This document shows positions 1 through 6,884 of a DNA stretch of 27,825 nt, in pieces. The first letter of the stretch is position 1. Each line of letters starts with the position of its first letter. Below the pieces are notes generated by a model, which had not been told where the DNA came from, did not search any database, and was given only the letters and a program-made list of their open reading frames with translations. Origin of the DNA: a virus (taxonomy: Duplodnaviria > Caudoviricetes). Made by a program: the position numbers and the translations under genes. The stretch covers positions 1-27,825 of the IMG/VR virus record IMGVR_UViG_3300020045_011389. One strand, given 5' to 3'.

Positions 1-1
1 A

Positions 2-655
2 AACGCAATCGAGAACAAATTGATTTTAGGTCAACTTTGGGCAAGTGATTTGGCTGCTGCGGGCGTACCGGGTACACAAGGTTTATTCTCTGCAATGGAA
101 GACGGAAACATTTTCTCAGGTCAATTAACTGACTTAGATGATTTTGATGAAGTAATCGACAGAATGAATGCTCAAGGTGGTATCGCTGACAACTACTTGT
201 ATATTACTTCTTCACAAAGTAGAGTAATTGACAGAATGTTGAAAGCAGAAAACGTTACCGGTGTATCTTGGGGAGAATTCGATAATGAGGCTCAAATGCT
301 TAAATTAGGATTCGAAGCGTTCAAATACGGTAACTACCAATTCAAAAAATCACTTTGGAGATTCTTAGACAACCCAACAACTGAAGGTTCTGCAATCGGA
401 GCAACTAAAACTCACGGAGCAATGTTCCCAATGGGTTCTACTAAAATCTACGATATTCAGAAAGGAAAAGTTGCTACTGAGCCAGTGCTTCACGTTAAAT
501 ATCGCGCAAACGAATTGACTAACAGAAAGTACAAAATGGCCATGCGTAAATGGGACGACGGAACCAATACAGAAGACGCAGTGATTACTGAATTCATCAC
601 AGAGAGAGCTTTATGCTTGACTTCAAGAAATAATTCTATGCTTATTAGGGGTTAA
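2..655 (+). CDS. Major capsid protein, C-terminal part (5'-truncated by the window)
   Basis: The frame is open from base 2 (NAIENKLILG...). Segments DFDEVIDRMNAQG, SWGEFDNEAQMLKLGFEAFKYGNYQFKKSLWRFLDNP and FITERALC resemble capsids of phi38:1-type Bacteroidetes podophages (recall). Codon usage looks like a highly expressed gene, and a terminator follows. Confidence 0.8.
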   Translation, partial: NAIENKLILGQLWASDLAAAGVPGTQGLFSAMEDGNIFSGQLTDLDDFDEVIDRMNAQGGIADNYLYITSSQSRVIDRMLKAENVTGVSWGEFDNEAQMLKLGFEAFKYGNYQFKKSLWRFLDNPTTEGSAIGATKTHGAMFPMGSTKIYDIQKGKVATEPVLHVKYRANELTNRKYKMAMRKWDDGTNTEDAVITEFITERALCLTSRNNSMLIRG

Positions 656-671
656 TCAACCCAACAAATAC

Positions 672-704
672 AGGGCTTGGAGTAAAATTCAAGCCCTTAT
701 TTTT
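672..704 (+). terminator. Intrinsic terminator after the capsid gene
   Basis: Stem AGGGCTTGGA / TTCAAGCCCT (one G-U pair), loop GTAAAA, then TATTTTT. Confidence 0.75.
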
Positions 705-733
705 AAATTAAATCAACTTAAAATTAAATCAAA

Positions 734-1717
734 ATGAACAAATGGAAAGCTCCGTTTGGTGGCGGAAACAACGCCTCAAACCAAAGTGCTGAAAAGCCAC
801 AAGAAAACGCTACAACTGAAGTAGTAGAAAAAGAACCTACGGTTACTTTAACAATGTCTGAAATCGAAGCGTTATTAGACAAAAAACTTGAAGAAAGAAA
901 ACCAGCAGCAGAACCAACTCGAACTGAAAGAGCAACGGTTCAAATTAAAAACGAAAACTACGATGACATTCCGCAATTAGCAAATTTTGTTGCTAAAGAA
1001 AGAATCTATGTTTTATGTGACGGAAGAAAACCAATTTCCCAAGGATTACAAACAAGACACAAGCAATTGAGTCCTTTACAGTATATTCACCCGGAAACAA
1101 AAGATGTTCATGCTTTATTCTTATCATTTACCGAAACTTCATTTTTCAAAGACAAGCACAAAGGAGATGCGAGAGTGGAACACGTTAATTTTAAAGACGG
1201 TATGCTGAAAACTTATGAAACTGACGTGAAATTACAGAAGTTCATTGAGATTCACCCTCATAACGTAAAAAACGGCGGTACATTGTTTATGGAATACGAT
1301 CCAGCTAAAGAAGCAACTGCAAAAGTTGAGAATTTCGAAATTGAATTTGAAGCAATGAGTTTGGCAAAAAGTTTATCAGCATTAAAAATGGATGCTATTG
1401 CAGGATTATTGTGTTCTGATTACAAAGAAAATTGGTCGCCGGCAGAACTTAAACAAGCGGTATTCGTTGAATCGAAAAAACAACCGAAGAATTTCGTTAA
1501 ATTGGCAAATGACCCAACTTTAGAAATGAAAGGTGTTGCTAAAACGGCATTAAGACGAGGAATTATCGAGTACAGAAACTACAAGTTTTTCAATGACAAA
1601 GGCGATGTGATTTGCCAAGTGTCGCCGAACCAAGACGAGATGAACGCCATTGTAGAATTTTTTGCAACGGGAGAAGGAAGAACGACCTTCGAGTATCTGA
1701 AAAATTCAGTAGGATAA
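734..1717 (+). CDS. Conserved phage protein downstream of the capsid gene, function unknown
   Basis: 327-aa ORF with an A-rich start. It has a disordered N-terminus and a core (KGDARVEHVNFKDGML...LQKFIEIHP) recalled from this position in related phages. Confidence 0.7.
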   Translation: MNKWKAPFGGGNNASNQSAEKPQENATTEVVEKEPTVTLTMSEIEALLDKKLEERKPAAEPTRTERATVQIKNENYDDIPQLANFVAKERIYVLCDGRKPISQGLQTRHKQLSPLQYIHPETKDVHALFLSFTETSFFKDKHKGDARVEHVNFKDGMLKTYETDVKLQKFIEIHPHNVKNGGTLFMEYDPAKEATAKVENFEIEFEAMSLAKSLSALKMDAIAGLLCSDYKENWSPAELKQAVFVESKKQPKNFVKLANDPTLEMKGVAKTALRRGIIEYRNYKFFNDKGDVICQVSPNQDEMNAIVEFFATGEGRTTFEYLKNSVG

Positions 1718-1736
1718 TAATTAAACCAACCAAAAG

Positions 1737-1769
1737 AAAAAGCCCTTTCAATTACGAGAGGGCTTTTTT
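1737..1769. terminator. Bidirectional intrinsic terminator
   Basis: AAAAAGCCCTTTC-AATTAC-GAGAGGGCTTTTTT between convergent genes, with A and T tracts on both sides. Confidence 0.9.
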
Positions 1770-1770
1770 A

Positions 1771-2556
1771 TTAAAACAAATCAATGACCTTTAGATTGTC
1801 AGGGACATTACTTTTTTCGTTTACACAAGTCAAACCTTTGCTGTTTGTCGTAAATACAGAATAAAAAACCTTAAATAATTCCGGATTAGGGCGCTCTACT
1901 GTTAAGTGAGATATTGCCAAATACAATCTGCCACAGTTTCTTTCTTTTAATAATTTTGCCAATCCAATAAAAGTACCTCCATTCACGCAAATATCGTCTA
2001 CAAGCATAATGTCCTTACCTTTAAAATCATTTTTATCTACTAATTGAATTAGTTTTGATTTTTCTCCGTCATATTTTCTTGACTTAGATGCTGAAAAAGT
2101 TTCTCCTTTAAAGTTTAATATATCGCAAAGTTTCATCAATGGTTTAAATCCGCCGGCATCAGTAGACATTAAAATAACATCATTTACTTCCCGCAAGCAT
2201 TTTTCTATAAACTTTGAGTTATTTATTATTTTCGAATTGTCTATCATCGCCTCTACAACCTCTTGATTGTGAGGATGAAAAACAGAAACAGAATTAAATT
2301 TCAAGTCATTTATAAATTTGCAAATCAATTTTAATCCGTGAGGTTGATATTGATTAAATCTTCTATCTGCCTGAGCATCTAATAAGCAAGGAATGGTAAG
2401 GTTTACTTTTTGATTATTGTTGTCGCAAATGTCCTTTATTTGATTCAACACCCACAAGTCTTCGTATGAGTTTATTCTAAACGTTAAATTTTCTGAAAAC
2501 TCAATGATTTCAACGTAAAAACTATTGTCGGGATATTTCGTTACTTTATATTTCAT
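1771..2556 (-). CDS. PRPP-synthetase (Prs) family protein, probably the NARP1 ADPR-PP synthetase (Adps)
   Basis: Motifs YPD, DAQADRRF, FHPHN, STDAGG and the PRT loop LVDDICVNGGTF. It is in an operon with a Nampt homologue. Confidence 0.85.
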   Translation of the reverse strand: MKYKVTKYPDNSFYVEIIEFSENLTFRINSYEDLWVLNQIKDICDNNNQKVNLTIPCLLDAQADRRFNQYQPHGLKLICKFINDLKFNSVSVFHPHNQEVVEAMIDNSKIINNSKFIEKCLREVNDVILMSTDAGGFKPLMKLCDILNFKGETFSASKSRKYDGEKSKLIQLVDKNDFKGKDIMLVDDICVNGGTFIGLAKLLKERNCGRLYLAISHLTVERPNPELFKVFYSVFTTNSKGLTCVNEKSNVPDNLKVIDLF

Positions 2557-2944
2557 TTATCAATCTTTTTAAGTCGTTATAAACTTGCTCTAATCCTGCT
2601 CTATCATCAAGATAAACATTCGCGTAAACTTTTCTCGGACACTTACCATTTAGCAACTTTTTACTAATAGGCGCTTCTTCGTTTATGGAATGATATGGTA
2701 TTTTGTTGCTGATTAAGAATTCTTGAATAAATGAACTGTCTTGATTTCCCGTCCAAACAATTATATAGCAATTTATTTTGTATAAATCTCTAATCAACTG
2801 TCTGATTTGCTCATAGGAACTTCCTTGATTATGGAAATCATAAAGCGTATCATCAAAGTCAACGGCTACAATTAAACTTCCATATTTTTTATATTCCGCA
2901 CAGAGTCTTTCGTATGCGGAATTTGGCTCTAAATACTTATCCAT
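2546..2944 (-). CDS. Capless HAD-superfamily phosphatase-like protein
   Basis: Motif I AVDFDDTL, motif II WTG, motifs III/IV RKVYANVYLDDRAG. It overlaps both neighbouring genes. Confidence 0.8.
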   Translation of the reverse strand: MDKYLEPNSAYERLCAEYKKYGSLIVAVDFDDTLYDFHNQGSSYEQIRQLIRDLYKINCYIIVWTGNQDSSFIQEFLISNKIPYHSINEEAPISKKLLNGKCPRKVYANVYLDDRAGLEQVYNDLKRLINEI

Positions 2945-4397
2945 TTAGTCTATGTCTTATTTCAGTTAAAGATGTTTTACCAAAAAATGACCCGTCTTTA
3001 TATATTGTTTTCAAAAGACCTTTACCTTCTTGTTCCCAAGAACATTTATCAATAAGTGTTAAATTTCCGTTTTCTTTAATAACACTCAATAGTCCGGTTG
3101 CTGATTTTTTAGTGCCATCATCCGTAACGGGGTCTTTAAAAATTTCCCTGCCCTCTCCATTTACTTCTAAGTAAGTTGCTTTCATCGCAAATCCAAAAGT
3201 GTCACGAGTATTGTATTGATAAGTAAAAGAGCCTATGCCTAATACAATGTTTGTTGACGCAAAGCCCTTATCGTGTAATCTTTTACAAATTTGTTCAGCT
3301 CGGTCAATAGTTATACTGTCCCCGTATATGGCGCCAATGTGAGGGTCTAAAACTTTGAATCCTTGCTCATTTATCGTTCCACCAAATACATCCCAAAGCA
3401 ACTCTACAACGCCTTTTTGTTTAGGAATATCTTTGATGCTTCTCGTCCAATTTTCTTCGTTTTGACCGCAAATAATTTCTACAGGGTCACCACTATCTGG
3501 GCGAATAACTAATTTCCCGTCGCGAGATAATATTTCCTCTTTGAGAATTGGAAGATATTCAGAACAAACCTTCCATAAGTCCCAAGTATCACTAACGACA
3601 GATAAAATTCCTTTCGGAAAAGTATTCATCAGCCTTCTGAATGTTTCAATTTCATCTTCTTTTCCTCCGGAACACATCACCGAATGTTCCGTTGCAGGAA
3701 CACTACAAGCTACAAATCCATTTTCTTGGTAAAACTTTCTTGCTCCGTAAATAGTAGGCAGACTGTCTGTTCCTAAAAAAGAGGTTAAATGCCCAAGACC
3801 GGAAGAAAAAACCGCATCAATAGAATCCATTCCTCTCATAGAAAAGTCGTGTCCTTGGAAATCAACAAATCCAATATTTTTTTCATCAGTTTTAATTGCC
3901 CAATTTTTTAAAATGTTTTTATAAGAATGCGCAATTGTAGCGGAAGTCAATGGCTTCCACATTAAATTACTGATAATCGTTTCAAGATAATTAGTGACCC
4001 AATAAAATTCGGGAACGGTATTGTAAATGGTGAACATTGGTATTCTGATAGGACACAATACGCCTTCTTCTAATGATTTTACAACAATAGGTAAATATCC
4101 CAATTCGTGAAGTTTTTCAAAATGAGACACATCGTAATCAGCCCCTAAATACATTGTCAGTTCTTTTTTCATTTCCCGACAAACTTCTTCTTTGTTTTTG
4201 TTAAAAAAGTTTTCTTGAAAATGCTCATGAATCTGCATCATAACCATTTGGCTTCCAAAAACAACAACTTTATCACATCCTTTTGGAGCATATTTATTGC
4301 TTCTCGGTGTAAAGTTAGAATAAACAAGGGTTGTGCCTTTGGGATATTGCAAGTGGTGTGACGTCTTGTATCCGTCGGTCAATAGTAATGAATTCAT
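2937..4397 (-). CDS. nadV: Nicotinamide phosphoribosyltransferase (NadV/Nampt) family protein, probably the NARP1 nicotinamide ADPR-transferase (Namat)
   Basis: Motifs TDGYKTSH, HDFSMRG, VPATEHSVM, SVVSDTWD, VIRPDSGDP, IYGDSIT and TRDTFGFAMKAT. Confidence 0.92.
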   Translation of the reverse strand: MNSLLLTDGYKTSHHLQYPKGTTLVYSNFTPRSNKYAPKGCDKVVVFGSQMVMMQIHEHFQENFFNKNKEEVCREMKKELTMYLGADYDVSHFEKLHELGYLPIVVKSLEEGVLCPIRIPMFTIYNTVPEFYWVTNYLETIISNLMWKPLTSATIAHSYKNILKNWAIKTDEKNIGFVDFQGHDFSMRGMDSIDAVFSSGLGHLTSFLGTDSLPTIYGARKFYQENGFVACSVPATEHSVMCSGGKEDEIETFRRLMNTFPKGILSVVSDTWDLWKVCSEYLPILKEEILSRDGKLVIRPDSGDPVEIICGQNEENWTRSIKDIPKQKGVVELLWDVFGGTINEQGFKVLDPHIGAIYGDSITIDRAEQICKRLHDKGFASTNIVLGIGSFTYQYNTRDTFGFAMKATYLEVNGEGREIFKDPVTDDGTKKSATGLLSVIKENGNLTLIDKCSWEQEGKGLLKTIYKDGSFFGKTSLTEIRHRLNG

Positions 4398-4424
4398 ATT
4401 AGATTAAATTTGATTAATAATAAG

Positions 4425-4456
4425 CAAATCTACCAACATTTAACCAATCCGCCAAA
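4425..4456 (-). promoter_or_regulatory. Bacteroidetes housekeeping-type promoter for the NAD operon
   Basis: On the - strand: TTTG (4456-4453), 20 nt spacer, TAGATTTG (4432-4425). This matches the -33/-7 consensus TTTG-N19-21-TAnnTTTG. Confidence 0.75.
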
Positions 4457-4459
4457 CAG

Positions 4460-4511
4460 TATAGAAAAATAGTATCAATTCGCCAAGTGTTATCAATTTT
4501 TTCTATCTTTG
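4460..4511 (+). promoter_or_regulatory. Putative phage late promoter, copy 1
   Basis: TATAGAAAAATAGTATCAA-N25-TATCTTTG, with the same layout repeated at 5996-6047. Confidence 0.7.
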
Positions 4512-4530
4512 CTATGTAAATTAGTAAGTT

Positions 4531-5271
4531 ATGGCTATAAGCGTCAATCAGGTGCGAAATACGGTTCTCTTTTTATTAGCGAAATCGAACAGAGGTTATT
4601 TAGGTGTAGATGAATTCAATTCATTTTGCCAATTGGCGCAATTAGATATTTTTGAGAATCTGTTTTATCAGTACAATCAATTCCTTAATAAAGAAAATAA
4701 AAGATTAACCGGTACTGAATACGCTAATTTACCAAAGAATTTACGTGAGCAAATTGACGTGTTTTCAGAATATACCACACAAGCGAATTTCACTTATAAC
4801 GGAACGACTAATTTATGGTCATATACCGGTACTGATTTATATCGTGCTGAAAACTTATCATTAGTAGAAACTGCGACAACAAAGAAAATTGATATTCAAG
4901 AAGTTCAGAAAAGAGAATTGAATATTTTGAAGAATTCGCCAATGACTTCTCCGAGTTTATTGTTTCCTTGTTACATTAGAAAAGGAACGAGTTTTGAGAT
5001 TTCGCCAATTGTGCCGACTGGATATTATGCCGAACTTTTCTACATACGCGTTCCAAGACCTTGTAAGTGGACGTTCCAATTAGTAGCAGGTAATCCAATT
5101 TACAATGCATCGGCAAGTGATTTGCAAGATTTTGAATTATCGCAATCATTATTTTCTACTGTAGTTACAAAAATATTGGGTTATGCCGGAATTAGCGTAA
5201 GGGAAAATGAGATTATAGGCGTTTCTGAATCAGAAGAAATGCAGACTTGGCAGAAACAAAATCAAAGTTAA
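4531..5271 (+). CDS. Tail tubular/adaptor (ring) protein
   Basis: N-terminus SVNQVRNTVLFLLAKSNRGYLGVDEFNSFCQLAQLDIF, YIRVP...KW and DFELS...ILGYAGISVRE are typical of tail tubular proteins in this phage group (recall). Position fits. Confidence 0.7.
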   Translation: MAISVNQVRNTVLFLLAKSNRGYLGVDEFNSFCQLAQLDIFENLFYQYNQFLNKENKRLTGTEYANLPKNLREQIDVFSEYTTQANFTYNGTTNLWSYTGTDLYRAENLSLVETATTKKIDIQEVQKRELNILKNSPMTSPSLLFPCYIRKGTSFEISPIVPTGYYAELFYIRVPRPCKWTFQLVAGNPIYNASASDLQDFELSQSLFSTVVTKILGYAGISVRENEIIGVSESEEMQTWQKQNQS

Positions 5272-5272
5272 T

Positions 5273-5305
5273 AAAAAAGCCCTCAATTACGAGGGCTTAA
5301 TTTTT
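5273..5305. terminator. Bidirectional intrinsic terminator
   Basis: AAAAAAGCCCTC-AATTAC-GAGGGCTTAATTTTT between convergent genes. Confidence 0.85.
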
Positions 5306-5597
5306 ACTTAAAAGTTAAATTTTTAAATGTTTTGCCATTTTCTGTTACAATATAATTGTAGGCATTGTCTTTTAAGGCAATAATATTTTTTCCTCCTTCC
5401 GAAATAACAAATGCGTGAATGCTTTTCGGGACTTCTAAAATATCTGAATCAGGGGACATTGACTGTCCAAAAATAGCTCTATAAGTGTCAAGCCATCTTT
5501 CATTTGAAACAAATTGTTTTAATAGAACCGTGAATTTTTCTCCTAACGCTTGGTTAGATTCAATGTTTTCTTCTTCAATAATTCTTAATGTGTACAT
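5304..5597 (-). CDS. Small phage protein of unknown function
   Basis: 97-aa ORF with an A/C-rich leader. It appears beta-rich and ends YIVTENGKTFKNL, with a terminator downstream. Confidence 0.75.
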   Translation of the reverse strand: MYTLRIIEEENIESNQALGEKFTVLLKQFVSNERWLDTYRAIFGQSMSPDSDILEVPKSIHAFVISEGGKNIIALKDNAYNYIVTENGKTFKNLTFK

Positions 5598-5618
5598 AAT
5601 ATGTGTGTGTTTATATAT

Positions 5619-5650
5619 TGCCTACTCTTTAGCTTTTCGGCTTCCGCTAT
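5619..5650 (-). ncRNA. Candidate cis-regulatory RNA (small H-type pseudoknot) in a 5' leader
   Basis: RNA AUAGCGGAAGCCGAAAAGCUAAAGAGUAGGCA with P1 UAGC/GCUA and P2 GCC/GGC. It is a GC-rich island ending about 21 nt before the ATG. Confidence 0.4.
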
Positions 5651-5652
5651 TT

Positions 5653-5946
5653 TTAATTCATGCTTAAATTTCGCAATTCATTACATCTCTTATTGGCATT
5701 AGCACAACTTTTTCCTAAATTATCAGTTGAATTTGTTATAATATTATAATAATAGTAATTTCCTTCAAAAAGATAAACGCTCCAAGTGCCTCCATTTAAG
5801 AATATTCCCGAAACACTAAATGTAGAGCAGTTGTAGTCATTTGTCACTACTGTTTTGTTGGTTTTCTCATATTTCGTTTGAGACTCAACGCTTAATGATA
5901 CCATCGCTACGATAAATAAAATTAAGAATGCTTTTAAAGTTTTCAT
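5653..5946 (-). CDS. Small secreted/periplasmic protein
   Basis: Signal peptide MKTLKAFLILFIVAMVSLSVES followed by Q (Bacteroidetes Q-rule). Three Cys in the mature part. Confidence 0.75.
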   Translation of the reverse strand: MKTLKAFLILFIVAMVSLSVESQTKYEKTNKTVVTNDYNCSTFSVSGIFLNGGTWSVYLFEGNYYYYNIITNSTDNLGKSCANANKRCNELRNLSMN

Positions 5947-5950
5947 GGGG

Positions 5951-5958
5951 CAAATTTA
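5951..5958 (-). promoter_or_regulatory. -7 promoter element (TAAATTTG), near-leaderless transcript
   Basis: The - strand reads TAAATTTG-CCCC-ATG. Confidence 0.55.
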
Positions 5959-5979
5959 TAAAAAACAATTTAATTGATT

Positions 5980-5995
5980 TTACGGTTTCCCGTAA
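5980..5995. promoter_or_regulatory. Operator-like palindrome
   Basis: TTACGG-TTTC-CCGTAA between divergent promoters. Confidence 0.55.
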
Positions 5996-6047
5996 TATAG
6001 AAAAATAGTATCAAATAGCAAAACGTGATAGTTTTTTTTTATCTTTG
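5996..6047 (+). promoter_or_regulatory. Putative phage late promoter, copy 2
   Basis: TATAGAAAAATAGTATCAA-N25-TATCTTTG, 17 nt upstream of the ATG at 6065. Confidence 0.7.
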
Positions 6048-6064
6048 TTGAAAAATAGACATTT

Positions 6065-6337
6065 ATGAGTTTATCTATAGATAACGTAACCAAAACAAAC
6101 TACAATACTTATTCAGTTGAATTTTCAGCTACGTTTTCGCTTGTGGATTTGTTTTATGAGGTTTCGGCAGACGGAAATACATGGAGTTCACCAATTGCAA
6201 TTTCGACATCAAGCCCCCAAATCATAACAGTAGAGAATATGGTAAATTTTCAAATTAGATTAAGCACAAATTTTACCCCTACGCCTCCGCCTTACGCAAG
6301 AATACACTCAACAGCATTTACAGAAACCTTTAACTAA
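6065..6337 (+). CDS. Small virion accessory protein (FN3/Ig-like beta sandwich)
   Basis: Pattern YEVSADGNTWS...FQIRL, Pro linker and C-terminal RIHSTAFTETFN. It lies in the tail module. Confidence 0.55.
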   Translation: MSLSIDNVTKTNYNTYSVEFSATFSLVDLFYEVSADGNTWSSPIAISTSSPQIITVENMVNFQIRLSTNFTPTPPPYARIHSTAFTETFN

Positions 6338-6349
6338 AAATAAGAAATA

Positions 6350-6883
6350 ATGACAAGAGCACAATTAAATACTTATATTGATACAAATGTTACCGATAAA
6401 ACAGCGGTTGATTCCTTAACTCCTACAGACGAAGGCGAAGCGTTAAAAGCGGTTGCTGATTATGTTGACCAAGAAATATTAACCATTTCATCTGTTGAAA
6501 AAGTTATTAAAGTTTCTTTAACATCTGACGATATTTTGGATATTTTCACAACCCCAATAGAGGTTGCGCCCGCTGTTGCAGGAAAATTACTTGTGCCAAG
6601 ATTTATCCATCAAAAATACACACACGTTACGACTCCATACACGGGGGGAGCAACTTGGAGAATAGGTTTAGGGACAATAAACACTGCTTTTGCTGTAGTT
6701 ACTGTTCCGATGGGCAGTGCTGACAATGCTCAAACAATCCAAGTTTTTTCACAAAACTTTACGGCTACGGGTTCGTCTTATGAGGTATTAAATATTATTA
6801 TAGGCGGAACAGGAGCCAATCCAACAGGTGGAGACGGAACTTTAGAGTTGTATATCACATATCTTGAAATAGACATCACATAA
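6350..6883 (+). CDS. Putative short fibre/spike or decoration protein
   Basis: Helical N-terminal anchor (LNTYIDTNV...SLTPTDEGEALKAVADY) and a T/G-rich beta head ending GDGTLELYITY. Confidence 0.55.
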   Translation: MTRAQLNTYIDTNVTDKTAVDSLTPTDEGEALKAVADYVDQEILTISSVEKVIKVSLTSDDILDIFTTPIEVAPAVAGKLLVPRFIHQKYTHVTTPYTGGATWRIGLGTINTAFAVVTVPMGSADNAQTIQVFSQNFTATGSSYEVLNIIIGGTGANPTGGDGTLELYITYLEIDIT

Positions 6884-6884
6884 A

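Noticed and set aside
705-732. Direct repeat AAATTAAATCAA before the ATG at 734
   Set aside because: Explained by the ordinary A/T-rich Bacteroidetes translation-initiation region.
4477-4489. 13-mer AATTCGCCAAGTG repeated in inverted orientation at 23525-23537 (possible inversion or att site)
   Set aside because: Several 13-mer matches are expected by chance at this length and composition, it contains the enriched hexamer, and no recombinase is in the window.
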